Under the pieces are notes generated by a model. That model was not told where the DNA came from. It saw nothing but the letters and a program-made list of their open reading frames with translations, and ran no database searches. From the NCBI GenBank assembly GCA_031413515.1, contig JANOFF010000048.1, positions 9,673-73,672 on the forward strand: a DNA stretch of 64,000 bases. Reading direction: 5' to 3'. Below are positions 41,134 to 49,989 of the stretch, one piece after another. The DNA comes from a bacterium. Its GTDB lineage: Bacteria > Myxococcota_A > UBA9160 > UBA4427. The position numbers were made by a program, and so were the translations under genes. Positions within the stretch are counted from its first letter, which is position 1, and the number at the start of each line of letters is the position of its first letter.

Positions 41134-41711
41134 CTTGGCGTTGATGCTTCCCCGTTTCGGGGTCCGTCGCTGCGGACCAGCCACGTGATGGAGGTATCTC
41201 CGTAGGATCTCGTCTGTTCGACGCAGAGCCCAGGGACCGGCGGCACAGCATGACGCTTCGCGGACTCGACCACCACCACTCCGGTAGGAGCAATCAGTGC
41301 CGCCTCGACGAGTGCGCCGAGCAGTGCACCGAGCAGATCGAAATCGTCATACGGAGGATCGACGAAGATCAGATCGAAGACGCACTGCTCGGCAGCCAGA
41401 CGATTGATCGCGGATCGAGCTTCGGCGTGGATCGTCCGCATGCGGTCGTCGAGGCCGAACCGGGACGCGTCGGCTGCTAGCACGGCGATCACTCGGGCCG
41501 CACGGTCGACACTCACCAGAGACTCGGCCCCACGGGAAAGCGCTTCGATTCCAAGCGCGCCGCTTCCCGCGAAGAGATCCAGGACTCGAGCATCCGATAC
41601 GTCGCCGAGCCGCGAGAAGACCGACTCTCGAACGCGGTCGGACGTGGGCCTCACCCCCGGCGCGGGAGTCCCGAGCTTCCGGCCCCGCAGACTGCCACCG
41701 ATGATTCGCAG
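41130..41711 (-). CDS. rsmD: 16S rRNA (guanine966-N2)-methyltransferase RsmD, probable CTG start
   Basis: …RPTSDRVRESVFSRLG…VLDLFAGSGALGIEALSRGA…IFVDPPY is canonical RsmD. The conserved N-terminus (L)RIIGGSLRGRKLGTPAPG lies in frame upstream of the ORF-track start. It can only be reached from CTG 41711 (see findings). Confidence 0.8.
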   Translation of the reverse strand: MRIIGGSLRGRKLGTPAPGVRPTSDRVRESVFSRLGDVSDARVLDLFAGSGALGIEALSRGAESLVSVDRAARVIAVLAADASRFGLDDRMRTIHAEARSAINRLAAEQCVFDLIFVDPPYDDFDLLGALLGALVEAALIAPTGVVVVESAKRHAVPPVPGLCVEQTRSYGDTSITWLVRSDGPRNGEASTPR

Positions 41712-42394
41712 GGACCGCCCCCCCAGACCGCGTCGTACCGAAGCAAAGGCTAGCCCCGTTCAGTCGGTTCGAGCAGCACGGCACGACTCGCCGGTCCCGG
41801 TTGCGGCGGCGACCCCTGGCCTTCGAACGTCGATCGACTGCACCCCTCAGGCGAGTCCGCGAACGGAATGCGGGGTCCGACGAGCGTGACTCGGAATGGA
41901 CACAGAATCCGACGAAGATGGACGTACGCGCGATCGTGTCCCGGATCCAGGCGGTGGATTCCGACACAATTGTTTGTCTGCGGCCTTCACCCTAGTCAGG
42001 CCGTGCGAAACTCCTCAGGAGTCCGACGACCGGTGTCTGGATTCCGGAGCGATCTGGCCGGGTCGCGCCGCGTCGAATCGACGACCCGAATGACACCTCG
42101 TCGTGTGAGTGTGTACATCCGACCCAGTGGCGATGCTGCATCCATCACGAATGCGTTACACGCTCTTGATGGTCCAGTGGCATCTGCCTACACTGCGGCC
42201 CGCGTCGGAACCTGACGCGATCGTGTGACACCCACGAAGCAGCATCGCGTCGATCATTGCATCATCTCACCACCGAAGCCGAAGCACGTACCCCGTAGAT
42301 CGACGCAGGGTTCGCGCTGACCTGAAACATCTCGATCCGCGAGTCGCTCGCGAAAGCGACGCGGAACATCAACCCAACCCGAACTGGAACCCAG

Positions 42395-42430
42395 TCCGGA
42401 ACTCAATCCGGGACTCGATCCGGAACAACA
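42395..42430 (+). repeat. Three tandem 12-nt repeats abutting the RBS of the HTH gene
   Basis: TCCGGAACTCAA / TCCGGGACTCGA / TCCGGAACAACA occupy 42395-42406, 42407-42418 and 42419-42430. They are followed directly by AGGAG (42431-42435) and ATG 42445. Confidence 0.6.
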
Positions 42431-42444
42431 AGGAGCCCCAAAGC

Positions 42445-42687
42445 ATGGCCGGCACATCCCCGATCCAGAGACTCAAGCGCCTGTTGCCCGAGCGGATCGC
42501 AGAAGTTCGAGGCGAGCGCTCGCAGCGCCAGTTCGCACGCGATCTCGGGGTCTTTCAGCAGAACGTCAATCGATACGAGAACGGCACGACACCGCACACG
42601 GACTTCTTGATCACCGTGGCGACGAAGGAGAACGTGTCGCTCGACTGGCTGCTGCTCGGCAAGGGACGGATGCGCCGAGGCCGCTGA
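42445..42687 (+). CDS. XRE/Cro-C1-type helix-turn-helix transcriptional regulator (80 aa)
   Basis: …IAEVRGERSQRQFARDLGVFQQNVNRYENGTTPHTDFLITVATKENVSLDWLLLGKG is a classic HTH_3 pattern. It has a good RBS (AAGGAG) and is followed by a strong hairpin. Confidence 0.75.
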   Translation: MAGTSPIQRLKRLLPERIAEVRGERSQRQFARDLGVFQQNVNRYENGTTPHTDFLITVATKENVSLDWLLLGKGRMRRGR

Positions 42688-42693
42688 ACTCCA

Positions 42694-42722
42694 GGGGCCC
42701 GGTCGCGCCGCGACCGGGCCCC
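42694..42722 (+). terminator. GC-rich hairpin terminator after the HTH gene
   Basis: GGGGCCCGGTCGCG / CGCGACCGGGCCCC are near-perfect inverted repeats starting 7 nt after the stop. They are followed by GCGTCATTTCG, a weak T-tract. Confidence 0.6.
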
Positions 42723-43072
42723 GCGTCATTTCGATCCGAAGCGCCGGAGCGCCTGTTTCATCATCGCGCTGATTCTCCGATCGCCCGCACGGTCTCGTGC
42801 GATCGTCCGCATGCCGCCACGCCCCGTCCCGTCGGTGTGCTCGTCACAGCCTGTTCCATTCGCGTCGAACTGATCGATCGATCGATGACCTGCCGTTCGC
42901 CATGACGCGCACGCAGGCGATCGGCAGAAGTGATCGGTCGCTGCGAATCGGAAAAGCGGAAACGCACTACACACTCCCCCTGGGCCGGCCGGGTTCGTCG
43001 CACCTCTCACGACGGCAGCCACCGCTCATAGACACCGGACATCGCGGCCTTCTCTCTCCCGACGTTTGTCCA

Positions 43073-43088
43073 GGGCACGCTTATTGCT
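43073..43088 (+). promoter_or_regulatory. Sigma-54 (-24/-12) promoter upstream of the DUF5658-SLT pair
   Basis: The site is GGGCACG-CTTA-TTGCT; the consensus is TGGCACG-N4-TTGCW. It lies 85 nt upstream of ATG 43173. A 14-nt perfect palindrome, ATCGATCGATCGAT, lies at 42873-42886. Confidence 0.6.
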
Positions 43089-43172
43089 CCCTCTCCCGGC
43101 GACCACCGACCGCCTGGGCCTTCGATCCGGGTTCGCCCTCGCGTCGACGGTCCACAGGGAGTTCGTGCCGAC

Positions 43173-43499
43173 ATGCTGCGATTGCTCGCTGGCGCCTCGC
43201 TGCTTCTGACCGGGGCTGATCACGTCACCACCTGGCTGTGTCTTCGTGTGCCCGTGATCGGATGGCAGGTCACCGAGGCCAACCCGTTCGCGGACTGGCT
43301 GTTCGGTCGTACCGGTCTCGTGCCGGGACTTTTCATCGACAGCGTCGTGACGCTGGGAGCGGTCGCCTTCTTGTTATTCAGCGGCGCCCTTCCCCGCCCT
43401 CTGAAGACCGCGTTCCTCGCCCTCATCACGTTCAGCACGGGATTCGCCGTCTTGAACAATCTCGCGGCCATCGACGCGATGGGCATCTGGCCCATCTGA
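43173..43499 (+). CDS. Small 3-4 TM membrane protein, DUF5658-like
   Basis: MLRLLAGASLLLTGADHVTTWLCLR…VTEANPFADWLF…: the D-H…E-x-NP pattern and size match my recollection of DUF5658. It ends 3 nt before the SLT gene. Confidence 0.65.
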   Translation: MLRLLAGASLLLTGADHVTTWLCLRVPVIGWQVTEANPFADWLFGRTGLVPGLFIDSVVTLGAVAFLLFSGALPRPLKTAFLALITFSTGFAVLNNLAAIDAMGIWPI

Positions 43500-43502
43500 C
43501 CC

Positions 43503-44186
43503 ATGAGGCGAATTCCCGTCCTGATGCTCAGCGCAGTGGGACTGCTCGGCCTGTCGTGTCAGGTCGCGGTCCTCGGTCTTGCCGAGGGGAGATTCGCGGC
43601 CGCCGAGTTGGACGCCTCGCTGTCCGACTCGCTCGACACGCCGATCGCCGATGCGGCCGATCCGCGTCCGGCCGTCGCCCCGACGCCGACTCCCGATCCG
43701 GGGAGCGAAGAAGGCATCGTGGCGGAACTTCGCGCGCGACACACCGCGCTGGCGGATCACGAACTCGCTCCCCTTGCACGCGCGATCATCGCCGAGTCGA
43801 AGCGCCACGGCCTCGATCCGACCCTCGTCATGGCGGTGATCCACGTCGAGAGCCGCGGCTACCACCTGGCGGTGTCACCGGTCGGTGCGCGGGGTCTGAT
43901 GCAGTTGATGCCCGAAACCGGCGAGGAACTCGCCAGCAAGCTCGGGCTGCCGTGGCGAAGTCCGAACTCGCTGTTCGATCCCATCCTGAACGTGAAGCTC
44001 GGTACCGCGTACCTGAAGCAGTTGACGGATCGCTACGCGAGCGTGACGACGGCGCTGGCCGCGTACAACTGGGGACCGGGGCGGATCGACAGGCAGATCC
44101 GCGCCGGCGACGACGTTCCGACGATATACACGCGCGAGGTCATGAAGGCCTACGACGGACGGGAGACGATCACCGACCGGAGCTGA
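43503..44186 (+). CDS. Lytic transglycosylase (SLT/GH23 domain), exported
   Basis: It has a signal peptide and a Pro/Asp-rich linker. The catalytic region reads …VMAVIHVESRGYHLAVSPVGARGLMQLMPETGEELA…LGTAYLKQL…AAYNWGPGRI, with the E-S catalytic motif and the AYNxG motif. Confidence 0.9.
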   Translation: MRRIPVLMLSAVGLLGLSCQVAVLGLAEGRFAAAELDASLSDSLDTPIADAADPRPAVAPTPTPDPGSEEGIVAELRARHTALADHELAPLARAIIAESKRHGLDPTLVMAVIHVESRGYHLAVSPVGARGLMQLMPETGEELASKLGLPWRSPNSLFDPILNVKLGTAYLKQLTDRYASVTTALAAYNWGPGRIDRQIRAGDDVPTIYTREVMKAYDGRETITDRS

Positions 44187-44201
44187 TCCCATGCCGCTCG
44201 G

Positions 44202-45635
44202 TCAGCGCGTGATCTCGGCCGCCAGCCGATCGATGGCATCCATCGCCGCGGACGATCCGCCGGGGTGCCCGTTCAGCAGGATCGAGAAGATCGCGCGATC
44301 GCCGTCCGCCAGTTCGGCGAATCCCGACAGTGCCGTGACGCGCTGATCGCTCAAGAGCCCGGTCTTCGCGCGGATGCGCTCCGCAGACGCCGTGGTCCTC
44401 CGTTCGAGAGTGCCGTCCCGATTCGCGATCGGCAGCGAGGCCATGAACTCGGGTCCGAAGCGGAAGGAATCGCTCCCGATCCGCAAGGCATCGACGAGCA
44501 TGCGCGCCGAAACCCGATCGTCCGGCGACAACCCCGATCCGTCGAGCAACACGGCACCCTGCGTGAGCAGGCCGAGCCGTGCGAGTTCGCTCGCCAGAGC
44601 CGACATGCCGGCCGCCCAGGTTCCGGGGCGACCTCCGGAAGCGACGGCCAACGACTTGATCAGGCTCTCCGCAATCGAGTTGTTGCTGTACTTCATGAAG
44701 AGCTGGACGATCTCGGACATCGCCCGACCCTGGTGCGTCGCGATCTCGACCGGCAGCTGACTCGACGCCCGCTTCACCGATCCCCCGACCTCGATCCCGA
44801 CGGCCTCGAGCTGCATGGCGAACACGGATCCGGCGTAGAGTGCGGCGTCGTTCACACTGCGCGGGAAGACGTCGCGCGCGTCACCCGCTCGGAGCCCACC
44901 GGAGACGTCCACGGTTTCGACACCGCCCGCGGCCCGGCTCGGATTCACCGACAGGCTCCGGGACGAGCGAGCGCCCCCCGTCTTCGCGTGATTGACGACG
45001 CGCAGGTAGGGGATCGGCGGATCGATCGACACCTCGACTGGATCGCCGGGCGCTGCGCCCGGTTCGACCGCGATGAAGAACGCGCCGTAGTTCGCCGTCA
45101 GCCCCGAGACCGGGGCGTGATAGGCGCGCGCCGAGATTCCCGACCAGGCTGGATGCCAGTACTGCGTATCGAACACCGAGTCGTCGACCAGGATGTCGCC
45201 TTCGATCCGGCGCAGGCCGCCGCGATACAGATCCGCCGCGAGCCGCCACCAGTCCTCGCTGTTCATCACCGGATCGCCGCCTCCGATGATCTCGAGCTGT
45301 CCGACCGAGCCGGCTCCGTCGGGAATCCGATCTGCCTTGATCTGCGTCTCGAACCGGTGGCTCGGACCGAACACCGAGAGTGCTCCGATCGCCGTCAGGA
45401 TCTTCATGTTCGACGCCGGAATCAGCGGGCGATCGGGCTGGTTCTCGAAAAGCACGGCGCCGTCGCGCTCCCGGATGACCAGAACGCCGATGCGAGCCCC
45501 CTTGAAGGACGCCTGACCGAGCGCGGCAGTCAACCGCTCGGCGAGGGGCCGGGCCGTCGCTCCCGCGCGAGTCGAATCGACTCCGACCGTACACAGCGCG
45601 ATCACGCTCAGGACCGCAGATGTCCACGGCTTCAT
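44202..45635 (-). CDS. dacB: D-alanyl-D-alanine carboxypeptidase/endopeptidase (PBP4, S13 family)
   Basis: Trimmed to ATG 45635 (MKPWTSAVLSVIALCTV…, a signal peptide). The active-site triad motifs are ASNMK, YSNN and KTG. At 477 aa it matches PBP4. Confidence 0.9.
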   Translation of the reverse strand: MKPWTSAVLSVIALCTVGVDSTRAGATARPLAERLTAALGQASFKGARIGVLVIRERDGAVLFENQPDRPLIPASNMKILTAIGALSVFGPSHRFETQIKADRIPDGAGSVGQLEIIGGGDPVMNSEDWWRLAADLYRGGLRRIEGDILVDDSVFDTQYWHPAWSGISARAYHAPVSGLTANYGAFFIAVEPGAAPGDPVEVSIDPPIPYLRVVNHAKTGGARSSRSLSVNPSRAAGGVETVDVSGGLRAGDARDVFPRSVNDAALYAGSVFAMQLEAVGIEVGGSVKRASSQLPVEIATHQGRAMSEIVQLFMKYSNNSIAESLIKSLAVASGGRPGTWAAGMSALASELARLGLLTQGAVLLDGSGLSPDDRVSARMLVDALRIGSDSFRFGPEFMASLPIANRDGTLERRTTASAERIRAKTGLLSDQRVTALSGFAELADGDRAIFSILLNGHPGGSSAAMDAIDRLAAEITR

Positions 45636-45843
45636 GCACGCGACTCGCTTCCTGCGCGCGGAGATCCGGATCAGCGAGTCGATCGGCAAGACTGGAGGTG
45701 CTCCCCTCGAACGCGGCGATTCCCGGCCGCACAGATATCCAACGGATCGGCTGGGGGGCACGAGCGCTTGACGGCGCCGAGCTTATCCGGGAGCCTGCCC
45801 CCCAGCAATCGATCACGTTCTGGAACGGATTCGGGGGGGTCCG

Positions 45844-47154
45844 GTGCTCAACGGCGTATGGCTCGGCCTGATGCTGATCTCGATCGCATATGCGTCGTTC
45901 ATTCCTGGGCGCATGGAAGCGGTGACTGGTGCGCTCCTCGACGGTGCGTCGAGCGCCGTGCAACTCGTGATCGGTCTCGTCGGTGCGATGGTGCTGTTCC
46001 TCGGACTGACCCGAGTCGCATTCGATGGCGGACTGCGCGATTGGCTGGGTCGTGTGTTGACGCCGATCGTGCGCCGCTTGTTTCCCGAGATTCCGCCCGA
46101 TCATCCCGCCGTCGGCGCGATGGTGATGAACATGTCGTCGAACATGATGGGGCTCGGCAATGCGGCGACGCCCTTCGGCTTGAAGGCCATGGGCGAGTTG
46201 GCCCGGATCAATCCGCATCCCGGATCCGCGTCGAACGCCATGGTGTTGTTCCTGTCCATCAATGCCTCGGCGATCACGATCTTTCCGCCCTTCGGCACGA
46301 TCGCCCTGCGACAGTCGGCGGGCTCCGTGGATCCGTGGTCGATCTGGGCACCCACGATGATCGCCACCACCTGCTCGACCGTCTGTGCGGTGCTCGCCTA
46401 CTACGCGCTCGGCCGGCTCTCGAGGTACCGACCGCAGCCGCCCGCGATTCCACCGCCGATTCCGGCGCTGGCCGAGCCCACTGGATCCTTGCCGGATGGC
46501 GTCGCCCTGCCCGCGAATTCTCGCGGTCCGCTTCGTCGCTTCGTAATCGCGGGTTTCATCGCCCTGGTGCTGATCGGCCTCGGTCTCGAGGGCGCGCGCC
46601 TCGTTCCGGAGATCGGCATCGGCGGTGCAATCAAGGAGCTCATCAGCGGTTGGCTGCTGGTCCTGATGGTCTCGGCCCTGCTGTTGATCGGCTACGGATC
46701 CGGCGTCAAAGCCTACGACTCGATGATCGCGGGCGGACGCGAAGGCCTCGAGGTCGCCTCGCGGATCGTCCCCTACCTCGTCGCGATCCTCGCAGCCGTC
46801 GCGATGTTCCGGGCATCCGGCGCGCTCGGTCTGTTGACCGGTGCTCTCGACCCGATCACGAGCGCGATCGGCGTACCGGCCGAAGTGCTGCCTATGGTGA
46901 TCCTCCGTCCACTGTCCGGATCCGGCGCGTTCGGCGTCATGGGCGAGATCCTCACGACACACGGGCCAGACAGCTTCATCAGCTATCTCACCTGCACACT
47001 GATGGGCTCGACCGAGACGACCTTCTACGTGCTGGCGCTGTACTTCGGCGCGGCCGGTATCGTCGACGGTCGACACACGCTCGCCGCCTGTCTGATCGGC
47101 GATCTCGGTGGGTTCACCGGAGCCGTGGCGGCCTGCCACTGGCTGTACATCTGA
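45844..47154 (+). CDS. Nucleoside-recognition (Gate) domain membrane protein, fused SpmA/SpmB-like
   Basis: VLNGVWLGLMLISIAYASF… is an SpmA-type N-terminus. The second half, …MVILRPLSGSGAFGVMGEIL…, resembles SpmB. It is a polytopic membrane protein of 436 aa with a GTG start. Confidence 0.8.
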   Translation: MLNGVWLGLMLISIAYASFIPGRMEAVTGALLDGASSAVQLVIGLVGAMVLFLGLTRVAFDGGLRDWLGRVLTPIVRRLFPEIPPDHPAVGAMVMNMSSNMMGLGNAATPFGLKAMGELARINPHPGSASNAMVLFLSINASAITIFPPFGTIALRQSAGSVDPWSIWAPTMIATTCSTVCAVLAYYALGRLSRYRPQPPAIPPPIPALAEPTGSLPDGVALPANSRGPLRRFVIAGFIALVLIGLGLEGARLVPEIGIGGAIKELISGWLLVLMVSALLLIGYGSGVKAYDSMIAGGREGLEVASRIVPYLVAILAAVAMFRASGALGLLTGALDPITSAIGVPAEVLPMVILRPLSGSGAFGVMGEILTTHGPDSFISYLTCTLMGSTETTFYVLALYFGAAGIVDGRHTLAACLIGDLGGFTGAVAACHWLYI

Positions 47155-47176
47155 CCGGCGGCTCGCAGACGTCGTG

Positions 47177-48280
47177 ATGCGATCTTCCGACAACGACTCG
47201 CCGCATGCCCGCGTCGCCGCGCTCGCGGCTCGGCTGCTCGGTCGTGAACTCATGTCGATCGTCGAGATCCCGGCCGGTCTCGGCACGAGGCGTTTCCTGC
47301 GCATCGCGTTCGCGGAGGGCGAACCCTCCACGCTGGTCGCCCGCGTCGACGATCCGACACCGCTCGGCGTCGGTGCACCGGCCGCCGAGCCTCCGCTCGA
47401 ACCGATCCGGCGGCTGCTCGAGGAAAACGGACTGCCCGTGCCGAAGCGTTACGGCGGCGACTCCGCGGCGGGGATCGAACTGCTAGAGGACGTGGGCGAC
47501 CGGAGCCTCGAACGCGCGGTGGCCGTCGCCGCCGCTCCGGCGCGTCGGGCCCTCTACGCGCGAGCGGTGGCGCTGGTTCCCGCGCTTCAGTCCATCGCGC
47601 CGGGCTCGTCCCCCGTGGCTGCCTTCAGTCGTCGGCTCGACGCTGCGTTGATCGCCAGCAAGGCGCGCAAGTGGCTCGAGTGGACGATCCCCTTCGCCCT
47701 CGCGCGCCCTGCCACGGCCGACGAGATCGCAGCAACCGAGCAGGCCTTCGCGATCGTGGCGTCGGTCTGCGAGCAGACGCCGGCTCGGCTCGCGCACCGC
47801 GACTACAAGGCCGCGAACCTCCATCTGGTGCAGGGCGCCCACGAGCCCGAGCCCCGCCTCGTGATGATCGATCTGCAGGGCGCCTTTCTGGCACCGCCCG
47901 AGTACGACCTCGTGTGTCTGTTGCGCGACTCGCACGTGCGGCTTCCCGAGTCGGAGGTCCGAGCCCACCTCGACGAGGTCCGGCCGCGGTTGCCCGATGC
48001 ACCGGGCGGCGACGAGTTCGACCGTCGCTTCGATCTGCTGACACTCGTGCGCGTGGCCAAGGATCTCTCCCACTACATCGACGCGGCGACGCGGCGCGGC
48101 GACAGACGCTATCTGCCGTTGCTCGCGAACGGCGTCGAGAACCTCACAGCCGCCGCACACCGCGCGTCTCGGCGTGATCCGGGCATCGAAGCATTCGCCG
48201 CACTCGTCGACAGCGTGCGCGGAGATCTGCTCGAACGCGCGCAACAGGCATCGGAGCGAGGTCCCGTGTGCGCGCCATGA
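47177..48280 (+). CDS. Aminoglycoside-phosphotransferase-fold sugar kinase (AmgK-like anomeric MurNAc/GlcNAc kinase)
   Basis: Trimmed to ATG 47177. The APH-fold catalytic loop is HRDYKAANLHL, followed by …MIDLQGAF…. It overlaps the downstream nucleotidyltransferase gene by 13 nt, the arrangement known for amgK-murU. Confidence 0.7.
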   Translation: MRSSDNDSPHARVAALAARLLGRELMSIVEIPAGLGTRRFLRIAFAEGEPSTLVARVDDPTPLGVGAPAAEPPLEPIRRLLEENGLPVPKRYGGDSAAGIELLEDVGDRSLERAVAVAAAPARRALYARAVALVPALQSIAPGSSPVAAFSRRLDAALIASKARKWLEWTIPFALARPATADEIAATEQAFAIVASVCEQTPARLAHRDYKAANLHLVQGAHEPEPRLVMIDLQGAFLAPPEYDLVCLLRDSHVRLPESEVRAHLDEVRPRLPDAPGGDEFDRRFDLLTLVRVAKDLSHYIDAATRRGDRRYLPLLANGVENLTAAAHRASRRDPGIEAFAALVDSVRGDLLERAQQASERGPVCAP

Positions 48281-49251
48281 TCCTCGCCGCGGGACTCGGC
48301 ACTCGATTGCTCCCGCTTTCGAATCTGTGCGCGAAGCCCGCCATGCCCGTCCTCGGTCGTCCGGTGATCGCGTATCTGCTCGAATGGCTCGCCCACCATG
48401 GCGTTCGCGAAGTGATGGTGAATCTGCACCATCTGCCCGACAGCATCATCTCGGCAATCGAACGGTACGGTCCACCTCAGGTGCGGGTCGAGTACTCACG
48501 CGAAGACGCGCCGCTCGGAACCGGGGGGGGTATCGGCCGCGCGAGGGATTTCCTGTCGGCCAGCGATCCCTCGATCGTCGTCGCCGGCGACATGCTGCTC
48601 GATGCAGATCTCGCGGCACTCGTGGCCGCACACCGAGTGAGCGGCGCCGACTGCACGCTGGTTCTGCGTGACGATCCGAGGTCTGCCCAGTTCGGAACCA
48701 TCGGAATCGACGAAGACAAGAATGTGCGCCGGATCGGGCGGCGCTTCGACCTCGGGGGCGAGAGCCGGGCCGGTGTGTTCGTCGGCGTCCGTCTCTTTTC
48801 GCCCGCGATCTTCGACGGTCTGCGGGACCGGCCTGCCGACGAAGCCTTCGAAGACCTGTCGGACTGGCTGGCACCGGGTCTGCGCGCGGGCTCCTACAGG
48901 GTCGTGGGAGAAATGTTGTCTCGCGCGACCAGCCGCTGGGAACCAGTGGGCACGCCCGCCGAGTATCTGAAAGTGAATCTGTCGCCCCCCTCTCTCTCCT
49001 ATCTGTCGAGTGCCCGCAGCGTGGCGGAAGGCACCAATGTCATCGGACCGACTTCCGATGTGATTCTGGGCCCGGGTGTCGCGCTCGGCCGCGGGGTCGA
49101 CCTCGCGCGATGCGTGGTCTGGGAAGGCGAACGGATCCCGGATGGCACGCGGGCACACGGGGGGGTTTTTGCGAATGGAAGCTTCTACGCTTGCGAAGCC
49201 GATGGTGAGATGGCGAATGACGGCGCGCCTGCACGATCGAAGGAGCTGTAG
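48268..49251 (+). CDS. Sugar-1-phosphate nucleotidyltransferase (MurU-like N-domain plus C-terminal hexapeptide-like extension)
   Basis: (V)RAMILAAGLGTRLLPLSNLCAKPAMPVLGRPVIAYLLEWL is the GxGTRxxPxxxxxPK NTP-transferase signature. At 327 aa it is longer than the ~220-aa MurU I recall. The start is GTG 48268 or ATG 48277. Confidence 0.8.
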   Translation: MRAMILAAGLGTRLLPLSNLCAKPAMPVLGRPVIAYLLEWLAHHGVREVMVNLHHLPDSIISAIERYGPPQVRVEYSREDAPLGTGGGIGRARDFLSASDPSIVVAGDMLLDADLAALVAAHRVSGADCTLVLRDDPRSAQFGTIGIDEDKNVRRIGRRFDLGGESRAGVFVGVRLFSPAIFDGLRDRPADEAFEDLSDWLAPGLRAGSYRVVGEMLSRATSRWEPVGTPAEYLKVNLSPPSLSYLSSARSVAEGTNVIGPTSDVILGPGVALGRGVDLARCVVWEGERIPDGTRAHGGVFANGSFYACEADGEMANDGAPARSKEL

Positions 49252-49989
49252 ATGAGCGAGGTCGTCTTCGTGGGGACGAGCGACGCTTTCGGGGCCGGGG
49301 GACGGCGCCAGTCGGCGGTGTTGATCCGCGGCGAACGGGGCACCCTGCTGATGGACTGCGGGGCCACCACGAACACGGGCCTGTGCGAACTCGGCATCGC
49401 TCGCGACGAAATCGACACGATCCTGATCTCGCATTTCCACGGCGACCACTTCGGCGGACTTCCGCTGTTCCTGCTCGGCGCCGTCTACGAGGATCGACGA
49501 CGGCGTCCGCTCCAGATCGCCGGCCCCCCGCAGATCGAGGCCCGCGTCCGGGAACTGGCCGCTGCCATGGGGCACGGGATCGCGACGCTCGAATGGGGTT
49601 TCCCTCTCTCGTTTCGCGAACTCGCACCGGGCGGCAGCGAAGAGATCGGACCGGCCGTGGTATCCGCGTTCGAAACGCGACACCAGGTCGAGGCGCATCC
49701 GCATGGCTATCGGATCGGCCTGGGACCGCGATCCGTCGTCTATTCCGGTGACACTGGATGGTTCGACGCCCTGCCGAGGTTGTCGGCGGGTGCGGACCTC
49801 TTCATCTGCGAGTGCACGCTCTACGACGAAGTGCTCGACTTCCACCTCAACCTCTCGCAGCTCACCGAGCGGCGGGATTCGTTCGACGTGGGCAGTTTCA
49901 TCTTGACGCACCTCGGCAGCGAGATGTCCCGTCGACGCGGACGCTGTGGATTCGAGACCGCGGACGACGGCCTGGTGGTCAAGCTCTGA
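49252..49989 (+). CDS. MBL-fold metallo-hydrolase
   Basis: The motif is ILISHFHGDHFGG, followed by …YSGDTG… and …ILTHLG…. It starts 1 nt after the previous stop. Confidence 0.85.
   Translation: MSEVVFVGTSDAFGAGGRRQSAVLIRGERGTLLMDCGATTNTGLCELGIARDEIDTILISHFHGDHFGGLPLFLLGAVYEDRRRRPLQIAGPPQIEARVRELAAAMGHGIATLEWGFPLSFRELAPGGSEEIGPAVVSAFETRHQVEAHPHGYRIGLGPRSVVYSGDTGWFDALPRLSAGADLFICECTLYDEVLDFHLNLSQLTERRDSFDVGSFILTHLGSEMSRRRGRCGFETADDGLVVKL

Noticed and set aside
42122-42190. CCAGTGGC repeats whose reverse complement contains GCCACTG (reminiscent of the cobalamin-riboswitch B12 box) and that also resemble a TGGC -24 element.
   Set aside because: No other cobalamin-riboswitch elements are visible. 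The minus-strand downstream gene would be rsmD, which is not a B12-related gene. The spacing to any GC -12 element is wrong for sigma-54.
42726-43022. Two overlapping minus-strand ORFs (98 and 80 aa) in the gap between the HTH gene and the DUF5658-like gene.
   Set aside because: They have no RBS and no recognisable fold pattern, and their composition is Arg/Gly/Thr-rich. The region is better explained as the upstream regulatory region of the sigma-54 promoter at 43073.
44265-47331. Two very long overlapping ORFs (970 aa on plus, 816 aa on minus) spanning dacB and the SpmA/B-like gene.
   Set aside because: Each overlaps a well-supported gene (PBP4 with SxxK/SxN/KTG; the Gate-domain membrane protein) in another frame or strand. 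Both are extremely Arg-rich. Neither shows any family signature.
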